Position numbers and translations under genes: made by a program. Below, piece after piece: positions 30,487-40,727 of a stretch of DNA of 64,000 bases. Source of the DNA: Euryarchaeota archaeon UBA106 (GTDB lineage: Archaea > Thermoplasmatota > Poseidoniia > Poseidoniales > Thalassarchaeaceae). The notes beneath the pieces were generated by a model that was not told where the DNA came from, made no database searches, and saw nothing but the letters and a program-made list of their open reading frames with translations. Within the stretch, counting starts at the first letter, position 1. Every line of letters starts with the position of its first letter. The DNA is taken from NCBI GenBank assembly GCA_002502365.1, contig DAOJ01000065.1, positions 7,547-71,546 on the forward strand, given 5' to 3'.

Positions 30487-31881
30487 TTGCGAGGTATCGT
30501 GGAAGACTCCTCTCGCATAGACCCATGGTCGTCGGAGCAATCAACAGATTATGCTCGAATTCGCGATCAATTTGGCCTAGAAGGCGTCAACATATCTAAG
30601 ATTCCAAACCCAAGCATGTTACACCGTAGGGGTATTATTTTCGCCCAAAGAGATTTAGACGTAGTTTTGGGTTGTATGGAGCGTAAGGATCCGTTTGGAG
30701 TTCTAACCGGATTGATGCCAAGTGGCAGGATGCACCTTGGTCATTCAATGGTTATCGAACAGGTTAGATGGTTTCAACAACAAGGTGCAGACATTACTGT
30801 AACAGTGGCTGACCTTGAAGCATTGGCTACCCGTGGAACTAGCCTCGAAACTGGTCGGGAAACAGCAATCAAGGAATACATTCACAATTATGCTGCTTTA
30901 GGGCTTGATCCTGATACAACAAATGTTTACTTTCAAAGTAGTAGGCCTGAGGTTCAGAGATTAGCATTCACATTGGGTCGTAAAACTAACCTGTCTGAAT
31001 TTGAAGCGATTTATGGTTTCAAAGGCGATACAAACCTAGCTCATGTTCAAGCTCCTCTGGTACAAGTTGGAGATATCGTCCATCCTCAGCTGGAAGAATT
31101 TGGTGGATTACGACCCATCGTGGTTCCTGTAGGAGTTGACCAGGACCCACACTTACGACTCACTCGTGGAATTACTGGTAAAACAAACTGGTTCAATGTC
31201 AAAGTGAGAAAAGCAGGTGGGCTCACAGTCTCCCTTTCAATACAGGAAGATAACTCTGAACTCTTTGGTACTTCGACCAATGGTAGGATTGACCGTAAAG
31301 TTCGAGAATCTATTTTCGAGCGATTAAAAAATTCACTAACTCCTATCGGTTATTCAGATTATATTTCTAATCCAAAGCATGGTACTTTGGATATTCCAGG
31401 AGCCAAAGCATCGGATTTATCTCAGGTTAGAATGTGTGTTTTACGATTAGAGCGAGAGTTGGGAGGCATGGGGTTAATGCCGCCCAGTTCTACATACCAC
31501 AGATTCGCAGTCGGAATGACTGGAGATAAGATGTCCTCTTCCAAGCCTGAGACTACAATTTTCATGGACGATAGCCAAGAAGAGATGACTAAGAAGGTTA
31601 AACGAGCATTTAGTGGTGGTCAACCAACGGTAGAAGAACATCGGAGACTTGGTGGAGATTGCTCTAAAGATGTAGCATTCCAATATCTACAATTCTTCTT
31701 CGAATCAGATGATTCAGAATTAAGCAAAATTGCTAGGGACTATGAAGCTGGAAAACTTCTGACGGGCGAAATCAAACAAATTTGCATTGATAGAGCCAGT
31801 GAGTGGCTCAAGGACATAGCTGAAAGAAGGGACATGTGGGATGGCCGATTAGAGGAGTTCCTTGCTCTAGATGCATTGTGA
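30487..31881 (+). CDS. trpS: Tryptophan--tRNA ligase (archaeal/eukaryotic type)
   Basis: PSGRMHLGHS (HIGH), GVDQDPH, KMSSSKP (KMSKS). C-terminal RAFSGGQPTVEEHRRLGGDCSKDVAFQYLQFFFESDD...DYEAGKLLTGEIK aligns with eukaryotic TrpRS ([37 protein letters not shown]...DYTSGAMLTGELK). Confidence 0.85.
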   Translation: MRGIVEDSSRIDPWSSEQSTDYARIRDQFGLEGVNISKIPNPSMLHRRGIIFAQRDLDVVLGCMERKDPFGVLTGLMPSGRMHLGHSMVIEQVRWFQQQGADITVTVADLEALATRGTSLETGRETAIKEYIHNYAALGLDPDTTNVYFQSSRPEVQRLAFTLGRKTNLSEFEAIYGFKGDTNLAHVQAPLVQVGDIVHPQLEEFGGLRPIVVPVGVDQDPHLRLTRGITGKTNWFNVKVRKAGGLTVSLSIQEDNSELFGTSTNGRIDRKVRESIFERLKNSLTPIGYSDYISNPKHGTLDIPGAKASDLSQVRMCVLRLERELGGMGLMPPSSTYHRFAVGMTGDKMSSSKPETTIFMDDSQEEMTKKVKRAFSGGQPTVEEHRRLGGDCSKDVAFQYLQFFFESDDSELSKIARDYEAGKLLTGEIKQICIDRASEWLKDIAERRDMWDGRLEEFLALDAL

Positions 31882-31884
31882 GTT

Positions 31885-32490
31885 TTATTTTTCAAATTCA
31901 CTGGAATCAAAAACTGGTATTTGAGGACCCGTTGCCAAAGCAGATACTTCTTCCTCAGAAAGTTCTGAAGATTTTGCTGATTTATGTAGAATCTGTGAGT
32001 GTCCATTAGGGTCCAAAAACAAAAGTTCTGCACTTTCTTTTCCATTTTTTATTCGATCAATCCTTTCTAGCAATTCTTCACAGGATTTCACTTGTTCTAT
32101 GCCTTCTTCACCATCTCGAATAGCCCCCCTCATAACTATCCCTATGGCATCAGAAAATCGATTCAAAACACCCTCTATGTTGGAGATATATCCAGTTGCG
32201 TTATCTCCGGGTTCAACCTCTAAACCCAATTCTACAATTCTAACGGTGCAAGAGGAAGATCTCACAACTCGAATAGACATGTGCTCCAATGAATCTATTT
32301 TGAATGAGCATAAAGTTGCTTTTTGTCCCTCTGAAGGGATAAAATCCGTGTGTCGCCAGCCACAATCCGAACAAATCAAAGTCATCTCTGTATGCTCTCC
32401 AAAGTATGGTATTTCGGAAGTATGAACATTCAGGGAAAGGCTATCTTCAGAAGAACATATAGGACATGGGTAGTTGATTAAACTCTCCAA
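31885..32490 (-). CDS. ZPR1-type zinc-finger protein
   Basis: CPICSSE...CSDCGW zinc ribbon followed by a ZPR1-like beta-rich domain. Confidence 0.55.
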   Translation of the reverse strand: MESLINYPCPICSSEDSLSLNVHTSEIPYFGEHTEMTLICSDCGWRHTDFIPSEGQKATLCSFKIDSLEHMSIRVVRSSSCTVRIVELGLEVEPGDNATGYISNIEGVLNRFSDAIGIVMRGAIRDGEEGIEQVKSCEELLERIDRIKNGKESAELLFLDPNGHSQILHKSAKSSELSEEEVSALATGPQIPVFDSSEFEK

Positions 32491-32499
32491 TTTAACACC

Positions 32500-32958
32500 T
32501 CAAAAAGCATTATTCCGATTCTCGGAGATTGCAAATGTAGAGGGGATAAGTAATAATCTGGATGTACCTAATCTGATTACTTCTCCTGCCATATCGCTTT
32601 CCACGAAATTTTGTATTCTTTCCACTGCCATTCTAAGTTCGGTTTCCACAGATAGTAATCTGGACATTTCTAAAATTACAATATCTCCATCCGAAAGCCA
32701 ATCTAGTATTGTAGGAATCCCTGTAATGTCATCTAGTACTGCTCGGTGTACAATTACATCACCCACCCCCCTGGCCACTGGGGCATCTGGAAAAATCTCG
32801 CCTAGATCGTGGTAATCTTGACCAGGGTCAATAGAAATAGGTGTACTCTGGTTTGGCAGACTAGGCATTTCAATCCACTTTGGTTCTTGCCTATTCACCT
32901 TCGCCATGAATACTGCCGAGGTAATCGGCCCTTTGATTAATACGGTCAGGATTTGCAT
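32500..32958 (-). CDS. sepF: Cell division protein SepF (FtsZ membrane anchor)
   Basis: DGDIVILEMSRL...ELRMAVERIQNFVESDMAGEVIRLGTSRLLLIPSTFAIS matches the SepF/DUF552 core pattern (DGDxVIxDIxRL ... GDIV..G...L.VTP.GV.IS). Confidence 0.7.
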   Translation of the reverse strand: MQILTVLIKGPITSAVFMAKVNRQEPKWIEMPSLPNQSTPISIDPGQDYHDLGEIFPDAPVARGVGDVIVHRAVLDDITGIPTILDWLSDGDIVILEMSRLLSVETELRMAVERIQNFVESDMAGEVIRLGTSRLLLIPSTFAISENRNNAF

Positions 32959-33096
32959 TTTCTGTTTGGTTTAGAACATTAGTGCTAATTTCGAATCAGA
33001 CGGAACAAAATATACTAGATTCGATATAATTCCTCAATACGCTCCCGTCGGATTGATAAGGGGCCGGATTTGAGTTGATTCCGCAGGGAACTCTCC

Positions 33097-33738
33097 GTGC
33101 GGACGATTCACATGAACGCAGAAGCAGACGCGGTAAAGACCGGAACTAGCACAGTAGGCATTACTTTTGATGGAGGTGTGGTAGTAGGTGCTGATCACAG
33201 AGCCACAATGGGTCACTTTATTGCCAACAAGAGTGTAAAGAAATTATTCAAAATTTCAAACAATGTTGCTTTGACTACTGCAGGTTTGGTCGGACATGCT
33301 CAATCACTTTCCAGAACACTTGCAGCGGAACTGCGTCTTTATGAGCTAAAACGCAACACACCAATGACTGTTCGTGGCGCAGCTACCTTAACTGCAAATA
33401 TTCTAGTCGGCCGCCCACACTACGTTCAGTTGTTGATAGTGGGCACAGATGAAGATGGCCCAAGTGTATATTCGATTGACTCAGCAGGAGGCTCGATACC
33501 GGACGTTTACTGTGCTACCGGGTCTGGAAGTCCGTTCATGTATGGAGTACTCGAAGATCAATATAAGGATGGAATGACCAAAAATCAAGCTCTAAAAGTA
33601 GCCGCTAAGGCACTCCTCGCCTCTGCTCAAAGAGATGCAGCAAGTGGTAATGGAATGGATTTAGCAGTAATTACAAAAGAAGAAGGCTATCAGCAACTAA
33701 CAGAGAAAGAGGTCACTGACCTTCTTTCAAAATTGTGA
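33097..33738 (+). CDS. psmB: Proteasome subunit beta
   Basis: Propeptide then TGTSTVGITFDGGVVVGADHRATMG (Thr1 active site) and the full beta-subunit fold. Confidence 0.9.
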   Translation: MRTIHMNAEADAVKTGTSTVGITFDGGVVVGADHRATMGHFIANKSVKKLFKISNNVALTTAGLVGHAQSLSRTLAAELRLYELKRNTPMTVRGAATLTANILVGRPHYVQLLIVGTDEDGPSVYSIDSAGGSIPDVYCATGSGSPFMYGVLEDQYKDGMTKNQALKVAAKALLASAQRDAASGNGMDLAVITKEEGYQQLTEKEVTDLLSKL

Positions 33739-33819
33739 ACATTCTCCACGGCAATTTGCCTTACAACCCATTTCTGGGTTTTTGGATGGGTGTGGAGTTC
33801 CCCATATGAGGTGTATATT

Positions 33820-35736
33820 ATGCGACTAACACTGACAGAAGTAAAGCAACGTGTATCGAAGTTGGTACCTGAGAATATTGACTATGATGTTGATGTCGAA
33901 GCAGGATCGATTGCAATTATCACTAAACAACCAGAAGCCTTTGCAATTGCAGGTCAATCATTGACTGTAAAAATTGCAAAAAATGTTAAGCGAAGAGTAA
34001 TTGTTAGACCTCACCCTGATATTCTATCCGATGAGGCTACAGTTCTCCAAAAGGTCAACGAAATTATTCCCGCCGAGGCAGAAGTAAGAAATGTCTGGCT
34101 CGACCCAGCACTCTCTGAAATAACATTAGAGTGCGATGATCCGGCTTCAGCAGTTGGTCCTAAAGGGGTGCATATCAAAAATCTTAGAGATGAAATCGGT
34201 TGGTTAGTTTCCGTTGACCGTGCTCCGGCCTTTGAGAGTAGAACACAGCACGATATTCGCCGATACAGGAAAGAGTTAGCAGATGAACGAAAGGCCCTTC
34301 TGAGGAAATTTGGCACTCGTATATATCGCCCAAAAAGACCTGGTGAACCTTGGGTCCGATTAACAGCCCTAGGGTCATACAGGGAAGTTGGGAGGGCTAT
34401 GCATTTGGTTACCACAAATGAATCTAGAATACTTGTTGATTGTGGGGCTAAACCTACAATTAATAGAAATGAAGTACAACCATTTTTCAACGCCCCAGAA
34501 TTATTACCTTTGGACAATCTCGATGCTATCGTACTAACTCATGCTCACGTAGACCATATTGCTATGCTGCCGGTACTCTTTCGCTATGGCTACAGGGGTC
34601 CGGTGTATTGTACTCCTCCAACTAGAGATTTAATGACGCTGTTACAAATGGATTACATCAAGGTTTCACAAGCTGAAGGGTCTGAGCCACCTTATTCGAA
34701 AGCCGATATCCAAGAATGTATCAAACATGTAGTTGATGTAAGGTGGGGAGATAAAACGGATATTGCACCAGACGTTAAAATTACCATGGAGAATGCAGGC
34801 CATATACTTGGTTCATCAAGTGTATATATGCAGATTGGCGAGGGTAATTTTGAACACAGATTATTATTTTCTGGAGATATAAAATATGAAAGGTCGTGGT
34901 TATTTGATGCTGCTACAGTTAGGTTCCAGAAGGTTGAAACTTTAGTTATTGAGTCCACATATGGAGGTCCACAAGATTTCCAACCCAATCGTAATGATGC
35001 AACTCAAGAACTCCAAGATTTGGTTAAATTAGCTCTGTCTCGCGGTGGAAAAATATTCTGCCCAGTATTCGCGGTTGGGCGTTCTCAAGAAGTTATGATT
35101 GCACTGGATCAATTATTCAAATCAGGCGAAGTTCAACCTGTTACTGTTTGGCTGGATGGGATGATAGCAGAAGCAACCGCGATACATGCCAGTCATCCAG
35201 ACTTCCTAAACAGAGAGTTACGAAGTAAGGTGCTTAAAGGAGGTGAAGAAAATCCGTTTAATTCGCCCTGGTTTAAACAGGTCGATAGTCGAGAACAACG
35301 GGAATCTATACTCTATGATCCTTCACCTTGTATAGTTCTAGCAACCTCAGGAATGATGACTGGCGGGCCAATAATTGAATATTTCAAACACTGGGCACCA
35401 GAACAAAATAATACTCTTTGTTTTGTAGGTTATCAGGCCTCTGGTACACTTGGAAGAAGACTTCAACAAGGTCATGCAGAAGTGCCTCTGATGGATAAGG
35501 GGCAGACACTTATGGTTCCCATTTCTTGCAACGTAGTAACCATTGATGGTTTCAGCGGCCACTCAGATAGACGTCAGTTAATGGATTATGTCAAAGCGTT
35601 GAATCCAACCCCTAGGAAAATAATTTGCCATCATGGTGATCCAAAAACCTGTAACGCATTCCGGCAAGGTCTTAGAGATGAATTTAGAGTTCAAACCTAT
35701 GCGCCAGCAAACCTAGAGACATTGCGACTGAAGTAA
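33820..35736 (+). CDS. fttA: aCPSF1/FttA: KH-domain, metallo-beta-lactamase/beta-CASP ribonuclease (transcription termination factor)
   Basis: N-terminal KH region. LTHAHVDHIAMLP (HxHxDH), beta-CASP and C-terminal His motifs. About 640 aa, typical of aCPSF1. Track ORF begins at GTG 33790; the ATG is at 33820. Confidence 0.85.
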   Translation: MRLTLTEVKQRVSKLVPENIDYDVDVEAGSIAIITKQPEAFAIAGQSLTVKIAKNVKRRVIVRPHPDILSDEATVLQKVNEIIPAEAEVRNVWLDPALSEITLECDDPASAVGPKGVHIKNLRDEIGWLVSVDRAPAFESRTQHDIRRYRKELADERKALLRKFGTRIYRPKRPGEPWVRLTALGSYREVGRAMHLVTTNESRILVDCGAKPTINRNEVQPFFNAPELLPLDNLDAIVLTHAHVDHIAMLPVLFRYGYRGPVYCTPPTRDLMTLLQMDYIKVSQAEGSEPPYSKADIQECIKHVVDVRWGDKTDIAPDVKITMENAGHILGSSSVYMQIGEGNFEHRLLFSGDIKYERSWLFDAATVRFQKVETLVIESTYGGPQDFQPNRNDATQELQDLVKLALSRGGKIFCPVFAVGRSQEVMIALDQLFKSGEVQPVTVWLDGMIAEATAIHASHPDFLNRELRSKVLKGGEENPFNSPWFKQVDSREQRESILYDPSPCIVLATSGMMTGGPIIEYFKHWAPEQNNTLCFVGYQASGTLGRRLQQGHAEVPLMDKGQTLMVPISCNVVTIDGFSGHSDRRQLMDYVKALNPTPRKIICHHGDPKTCNAFRQGLRDEFRVQTYAPANLETLRLK

Positions 35737-35794
35737 AATTTTGTATTCTCAACACTCCACCAAACTCAAACATAATACCCGCTCCCGAGGAATT

Positions 35795-37012
35795 ATGAGG
35801 TTGGTTGCCTGTACTGTTTTGAGTATCGTAATTCTTTCATCCTCTCTATCTGGTTGTCTTAGTTCCGATGAAGGAGATGATTCAATCATAGAAATCGAAG
35901 AGCCCAGTAAAGCATTTAGTATAGTCGCACCAATTGATACTGGAATCAATGTTTATCATAATCACTTTATCATGAATGAATCCATTCCTGATTGGATAAT
36001 AGAGGGGATGGGTGTTACCATATGGTGTAATATTACCAAAGAAGGAACTTGGCAGGAAAGATATGAGGCCGACAAAGAAAATTGTTGGGATATTATCACT
36101 TCAAATGATATCGTATATTTTGTAGGGACTAGGATAATTGGTACGACACCAGACGATCAAACAGATATACCCATTCTTGATGATCCGTCCGATGGCCATG
36201 GGACTGCAGTCACTGGGGCTGTTTTAGATGCCAATCCCAATGCAATAATTTTCTTTGTCGAAGGGTTTAGTGACGCTGCAGTTTTGGCGGCAGCCAATCA
36301 GCCACTTGTGGATATTATCACCACTTCATTCGGACCAATTGGTTCAATCCCCGTTCCCGGAATCGAGGACTCAACAAGGGTTGCAGTAGTAGAAAACAAA
36401 AAGATTCACACAGGTGCGGCGGATAATACTCCATCTCCAGCAGTACAAGATTCTACTGCGGGTCCTCCTTGGTCGATTGGGATATCGGGTTATGCCGAAG
36501 AAGAAGATGACCAGAAAGAAACCATGAGTGGTTCATATCCAGACATAGCAGCTGACTGGACGCAGTTACTTCCTAATCATGATGATATTGATGGCTATCA
36601 TCAAACATCTGGAACCTCTTTTGCTACACCTAGGACTGCAGGAATACTTAGTATGATTTTGACAATGTTAAGAGATGATGTAGGTGATACTAGAACAGGT
36701 GCTTCAAGTGACAGGTCTGGTTTGTTAGTAAATGGAACTAATCTTTCTATTACCAATGATGACATCAGAGATGCACTTAACTTGTCCGCATGGTATCCAA
36801 GTGCATCGACTTGGGATCCAACCTCTGGTACATTGCCGATTTCCCCAATTGCTCCATGCACACAAGTCGGCTGGGGTGTAGTTAATTTATCAAATATTGA
36901 GCCAATGTACAAACACCTAGCAGGGATAGATACTATGCCTCAAAGACCATCAGATGTTGTTGCTTGTATGGAAACCAACCAAGCAATGCGAGAAGCCTAT
37001 TGGGGAAGCTGA
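35795..37012 (+). CDS. Secreted subtilisin-like serine protease (peptidase S8), possible lipobox LSGC
   Basis: Catalytic triad motifs in order: DTGIN (Asp), HGTAVTG (His), GTSFATPRTAG (Ser). Signal peptide with LSGCLSS. Confidence 0.8.
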   Translation: MRLVACTVLSIVILSSSLSGCLSSDEGDDSIIEIEEPSKAFSIVAPIDTGINVYHNHFIMNESIPDWIIEGMGVTIWCNITKEGTWQERYEADKENCWDIITSNDIVYFVGTRIIGTTPDDQTDIPILDDPSDGHGTAVTGAVLDANPNAIIFFVEGFSDAAVLAAANQPLVDIITTSFGPIGSIPVPGIEDSTRVAVVENKKIHTGAADNTPSPAVQDSTAGPPWSIGISGYAEEEDDQKETMSGSYPDIAADWTQLLPNHDDIDGYHQTSGTSFATPRTAGILSMILTMLRDDVGDTRTGASSDRSGLLVNGTNLSITNDDIRDALNLSAWYPSASTWDPTSGTLPISPIAPCTQVGWGVVNLSNIEPMYKHLAGIDTMPQRPSDVVACMETNQAMREAYWGS

Positions 37013-37017
37013 AAGAT

Positions 37018-37416
37018 TTACAATACTGGTACGTCAAAACCGTCTTCCACAGGATCTGGTGCATTTTTCTTGGTATTGATTTCGTCTATATCCTCGCTCA
37101 CCTCGACTCGTTCATTTTTTTGTATTGATAAATAATTTGAATTTCCGGACAATGCAAAAGCCAACGCAGCCGGTGTTAAGAGAAGGTATACCCAAACCTC
37201 AATCGTCAATGCCGATTCTGAGATTAGTGAGTTGATGGAGAGTGAAATTAGTAGGAAAAAAGCCAACCAACTCAATATCACCCGTGTATTCCTCACGTAT
37301 AGCCGTAAAGCATTATGTTTCATTAGGGATACGTTGATTCTAGCAATTATGTCTCTAATTATATGCTTGAAAATAATAAACAATATCTTGAACCTTGACT
37401 TTTCACCAAGGTTCAT
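37018..37416 (-). CDS. Small membrane protein, hypothetical
   Basis: Hydrophobic helices. Start uncertain. Confidence 0.35.
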   Translation of the reverse strand: MNLGEKSRFKILFIIFKHIIRDIIARINVSLMKHNALRLYVRNTRVILSWLAFFLLISLSINSLISESALTIEVWVYLLLTPAALAFALSGNSNYLSIQKNERVEVSEDIDEINTKKNAPDPVEDGFDVPVL

Positions 37417-37852
37417 GCAGACCGATTGGCTTCTACTTAGGTGTGTTTGCGGTCAATCATTTGGTTCTCGTCGTGGCACAAAGGCTTCCTGTATTCGGTG
37501 CGGTGAATCAAAGCAAATTACTACTGCTGCGGTATTTTCAGATCCAAATAAACTTACAGAAGCGGTGGCAAAAGCAAATCTACCAACCGAAATTAGAGAT
37601 GAAATAAATAAAAAACTCGATGACAAAAAAAGAAAGCAATTGAAAACAAGAAATCATGCTAATCCAAATACAATACAATTCATTCTTAGACAATCCACTG
37701 ATGAAAGAGGGATATTGACACTAAGTTCGTTGCATCATATACTCCAATGTGAAGGAATTTCGGACCCCTCACCTGAACAAATTATAGGTATGGCAGAATT
37801 ACAAGGAGTAGTCCAGAGAGTGGGCAATGAAGAGTGGAAATGGTTAGCGTGA
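37415..37852 (+). CDS. Zn-ribbon protein, hypothetical (CVCG...CIRCG)
   Basis: From ATG 37415: MQTDWLLLRCVCGQSFGSRRGTKASCIRCGESKQ... then a charged helical region. The upstream part of the track ORF (37232-37414) is probably non-coding. Confidence 0.45.
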   Translation: MQTDWLLLRCVCGQSFGSRRGTKASCIRCGESKQITTAAVFSDPNKLTEAVAKANLPTEIRDEINKKLDDKKRKQLKTRNHANPNTIQFILRQSTDERGILTLSSLHHILQCEGISDPSPEQIIGMAELQGVVQRVGNEEWKWLA

Positions 37853-37889
37853 ACTCCATAAAGTCGACTAGGGTGGCCAAGACACTCAC

Positions 37890-37967
37890 GGGCCTGTGGG
37901 TTAGTCTGGCCTATGCTAGATGGTTTGGGACCATTTGACCCTGGTTCAAATCCAGGCAGGCCCACCA
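37890..37967 (+). tRNA. tRNA-Pro (anticodon UGG), CCA apparently encoded; D-arm non-canonical
   Basis: Acceptor GGGCCTG/CAGGCCC + A + CCA. T arm CCTGG-TTCAAAT-CCAGG. Anticodon arm GATGG-TTTGGGA-CCATT (UGG, G37). The D region is 3 nt longer than standard and pairs poorly. Confidence 0.6.
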
Positions 37968-37999
37968 TTTCTTCTTCTCCGAGTGATAGCAAAGCCTAA

Positions 38000-38761
38000 T
38001 CATAGAAATTTTTCAATAGCCTCTATATCAAATAATGAAACTGCAACAGACAAAGCTTCTTCTTTTTCGAACCATTTCGCTTCCTCTATTTCATCGTCCT
38101 TTGGTACTATGTTTTCAGCGGCAATATCTGCTTCACATTTGTACGTAAATGATAGCCAACTAATACCATCTGGTGTGAAAATCTCTTGTCTTACAATTGA
38201 GTCAACGATATTTCCATATCCTTCACTAGACTCTCCCATTGGATCGGGAATCCTAATATTGATTCCTAACTCTTCTAACGCTTCACGTTCCGCACCTTTC
38301 CTAGGGTGTTCTCCGTAATCTACGAAGCCTCCAGGTAATGTCCAACATCCTGTAAAAAAACCACGTGTAACCTTTGCTAAAAGGACCTGATTGTTGGGAT
38401 TAATTACTACAACCTTGCTAACAACTCTATGTAGAGTACGATAAACAGATTCCCTTGCCACAGGGTCTACTTCACTGTCACTAATTACAGAATCTTTCCA
38501 TGCCCATTCTCTAGGCCAAGGTATATCAGGAGTGGCGACTATTACTTGATGCATTTTTTGTCCTAATCTAAACTCATTAGTCCTATTTACCTTCCAACTC
38601 AACCCCATACTTTCTGCTTCATCTGGAGTTGGTAGTCTAATTGAGTAACTACCCTTTCCTTCCCTGCCCATTTGCGGAATTACGGGGCCATTTCCCTCCA
38701 AATCTACTAACAATAATTTCCCATCATGTTCGAGATGAATGTGATGAGAAATATCATTCAT
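38000..38761 (-). CDS. NUDIX hydrolase with ~115-aa N-terminal extension
   Basis: Nudix box GGFVDYGEHPRKGAEREALEELGI in the C-terminal half. Confidence 0.75.
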   Translation of the reverse strand: MNDISHHIHLEHDGKLLLVDLEGNGPVIPQMGREGKGSYSIRLPTPDEAESMGLSWKVNRTNEFRLGQKMHQVIVATPDIPWPREWAWKDSVISDSEVDPVARESVYRTLHRVVSKVVVINPNNQVLLAKVTRGFFTGCWTLPGGFVDYGEHPRKGAEREALEELGINIRIPDPMGESSEGYGNIVDSIVRQEIFTPDGISWLSFTYKCEADIAAENIVPKDDEIEEAKWFEKEEALSVAVSLFDIEAIEKFL

Positions 38762-38828
38762 ATTTAATCACGGAAAGAAGAAAGGAAATGAAATAATCGG
38801 ACAAATGAGAAGTCATTGGGAAATTTAT

Positions 38829-39824
38829 CTACAATAACTCGCTTACCGCTTCCCTTTCTTGCAATAATGCTTGGATATTCTCAGAAATTTTTCCTTGAGC
38901 AAATTCGTCAATTTCTAAGTTGTCTACAACATTAATTTCTCCATCTTCACATTTGCATGGGAAGCTGTAGACCAACCCTTCTGGCACACCGTACCAACCT
39001 TCAGAAGGCAATGCCATTGACACAATACGTCCATCCGAACCTTGCCACCAATCTCTCATGTGGTCAACAGCCGCTGAAGCGGCTGAGGCGGCTGAAGAGG
39101 CACCGCGAGCCATAATCACTGCCTTCCCCCTTGTGGCGACTGTGTTTAGGAACTCACCATTTAGCCAATTACGATCAAAAATTTCCGTTGCATGTTGATC
39201 TTCCACCAATGCGAACCTAGGGTCGGGGTACATTGTGTTAGAATGATTTCCCCAAATGAAAACATCCTTTATTCTTGATGAAGTAACTCCGGCTTTTTCC
39301 GCCATCAATCCAACGGCTCGGTTTTGGTCTAGACGTGTCATAGCAGTAAATTGTCTCGATGGTATATCTGGAGCGTTAGCTGAAGCAATTAGAGCATTCG
39401 TGTTACACGGATTACCTACTGTAATGACCTTAACATTTCGTGATGCAACGGAATTTATTGCTCTTCCTTGACCAACAAAAATCGGACCATTGGCGGCCAC
39501 TAAATCTGATCTATCCATGTCCTTGGTACGTGGACGTGAACCAACCAAGAATATTGCCTCTGTATCTTTGAAAGCAACCTCTGGATCATCAGTTCCAATT
39601 ATATCATGGATTAATGGGAAGGCGGAATCTTTCAATTCCATTATCACTCCTTCTAATCGTTGCATTCCTGGTGGGATTTCTAGTAATTGCAATATGATTG
39701 GTTGATTACTGCCAAAGCAATCTCCACTTGCAATTCTCCATAGTAAAGCATAACCGATATTTCCTGCGGCTCCTGTAACTGCTACTCTGATTGGTTTAAT
39801 CGATTGGTCTTGTCCCCTTTGCAT
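38829..39824 (-). CDS. mdh: Malate dehydrogenase (NAD, cytosolic/Thermus-type LDH/MDH family)
   Basis: [23 protein letters not shown]...[11 protein letters not shown]...[12 protein letters not shown]...[17 protein letters not shown]...[12 protein letters not shown] is the canonical cytosolic-type MDH. Confidence 0.9.
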   Translation of the reverse strand: MQRGQDQSIKPIRVAVTGAAGNIGYALLWRIASGDCFGSNQPIILQLLEIPPGMQRLEGVIMELKDSAFPLIHDIIGTDDPEVAFKDTEAIFLVGSRPRTKDMDRSDLVAANGPIFVGQGRAINSVASRNVKVITVGNPCNTNALIASANAPDIPSRQFTAMTRLDQNRAVGLMAEKAGVTSSRIKDVFIWGNHSNTMYPDPRFALVEDQHATEIFDRNWLNGEFLNTVATRGKAVIMARGASSAASAASAAVDHMRDWWQGSDGRIVSMALPSEGWYGVPEGLVYSFPCKCEDGEINVVDNLEIDEFAQGKISENIQALLQEREAVSELL

Positions 39825-39933
39825 ACTATTTCCCCGTAGTTGGCGAAATTATTCCAACCCTTAGCCTTTAGTGAGTAGACAATTCATCTTATGCCGCCCG
39901 AAGACTAATTGGAGAATTTAATTTGGCGGTTGT

Positions 39934-40614
39934 ATGGAGTTGCGCCATAAGTCCCTATTAGGGTTAATTTTGGTATCACTTATGCCAACCTTCTCTATAT
40001 TATTTACATATTCAATTAGTAGTTCTGAATCTCAGTCCCAATTGTTTTTTTTGTTTGCGAAAATATGGATTATAGCTATCCCAATTTATTGGATTTACAA
40101 AATTGAAAATCAACGTATAGTGTTAGGTAATTTTGACAGAGTATCAAAAATAGAATCAATCATTTCTGGAATAATTATGTTTTTAATTATACTAGGGATG
40201 TATGCTTTTTTTCATTCTACTTTAGACGTTGAATTAATGCGGCAAGAAATAGGCTCTACAGGATTACTTGATTTACGCTTGTACATTCTTGGAATGATTT
40301 TTTGGATTTCAATAAATAGTCTCATCGAAGAACTAGTATTCAGACAATTTATTGGAGACAGGCTTCTCGAATTAACCGGCAAAAAAAATCTGACTGTATT
40401 ATTCTCAGCCCTGATTTTCACTTCTCATCATACAGTTGTTTTGAGTTATTATTTTTCACCTCTACAGAATGCTGTGGCGAGTTTAGGGATTTTTCTTGCA
40501 GGTGCGACATGGTCCATTTTGTGGCTACGGCATAGGTCTTTGATGGTCTGTTGGATATCCCATGCGATTGCAGATATTGCAGTATTTGGATTAGGGTACC
40601 TTATCTTGTTCTAA
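39934..40614 (+). CDS. CPBP family intramembrane metalloprotease (CAAX protease/Abi)
   Basis: EELVFRQF, FTSHH, HAIADIAVF motifs in a polytopic membrane protein. Confidence 0.75.
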   Translation: MELRHKSLLGLILVSLMPTFSILFTYSISSSESQSQLFFLFAKIWIIAIPIYWIYKIENQRIVLGNFDRVSKIESIISGIIMFLIILGMYAFFHSTLDVELMRQEIGSTGLLDLRLYILGMIFWISINSLIEELVFRQFIGDRLLELTGKKNLTVLFSALIFTSHHTVVLSYYFSPLQNAVASLGIFLAGATWSILWLRHRSLMVCWISHAIADIAVFGLGYLILF

Positions 40615-40727
40615 TTTTACAGGAATCTTTCCTTGAGGTAACTAATCCGTTTGTTTCAATAATCTAATTCCTGTCGCTAGCATCAACATACATGAGCCTA
40701 CGGCTCATTGGAACGAGTGTGGCATTT

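Noticed and set aside
37890-37967. tRNA on the minus strand using the GGATTTGAACC segment
   Set aside because: The minus-strand reading places the T-arm-like element directly after the acceptor and gives no cloverleaf. The plus-strand fold has a perfect acceptor, T-arm and anticodon arm.
37735-38318. ORFs 37735..37992(-) and 37920..38318(+) from the track
   Set aside because: They overlap the tRNA-Pro gene and the well-supported NUDIX gene respectively, so they are most likely non-coding.
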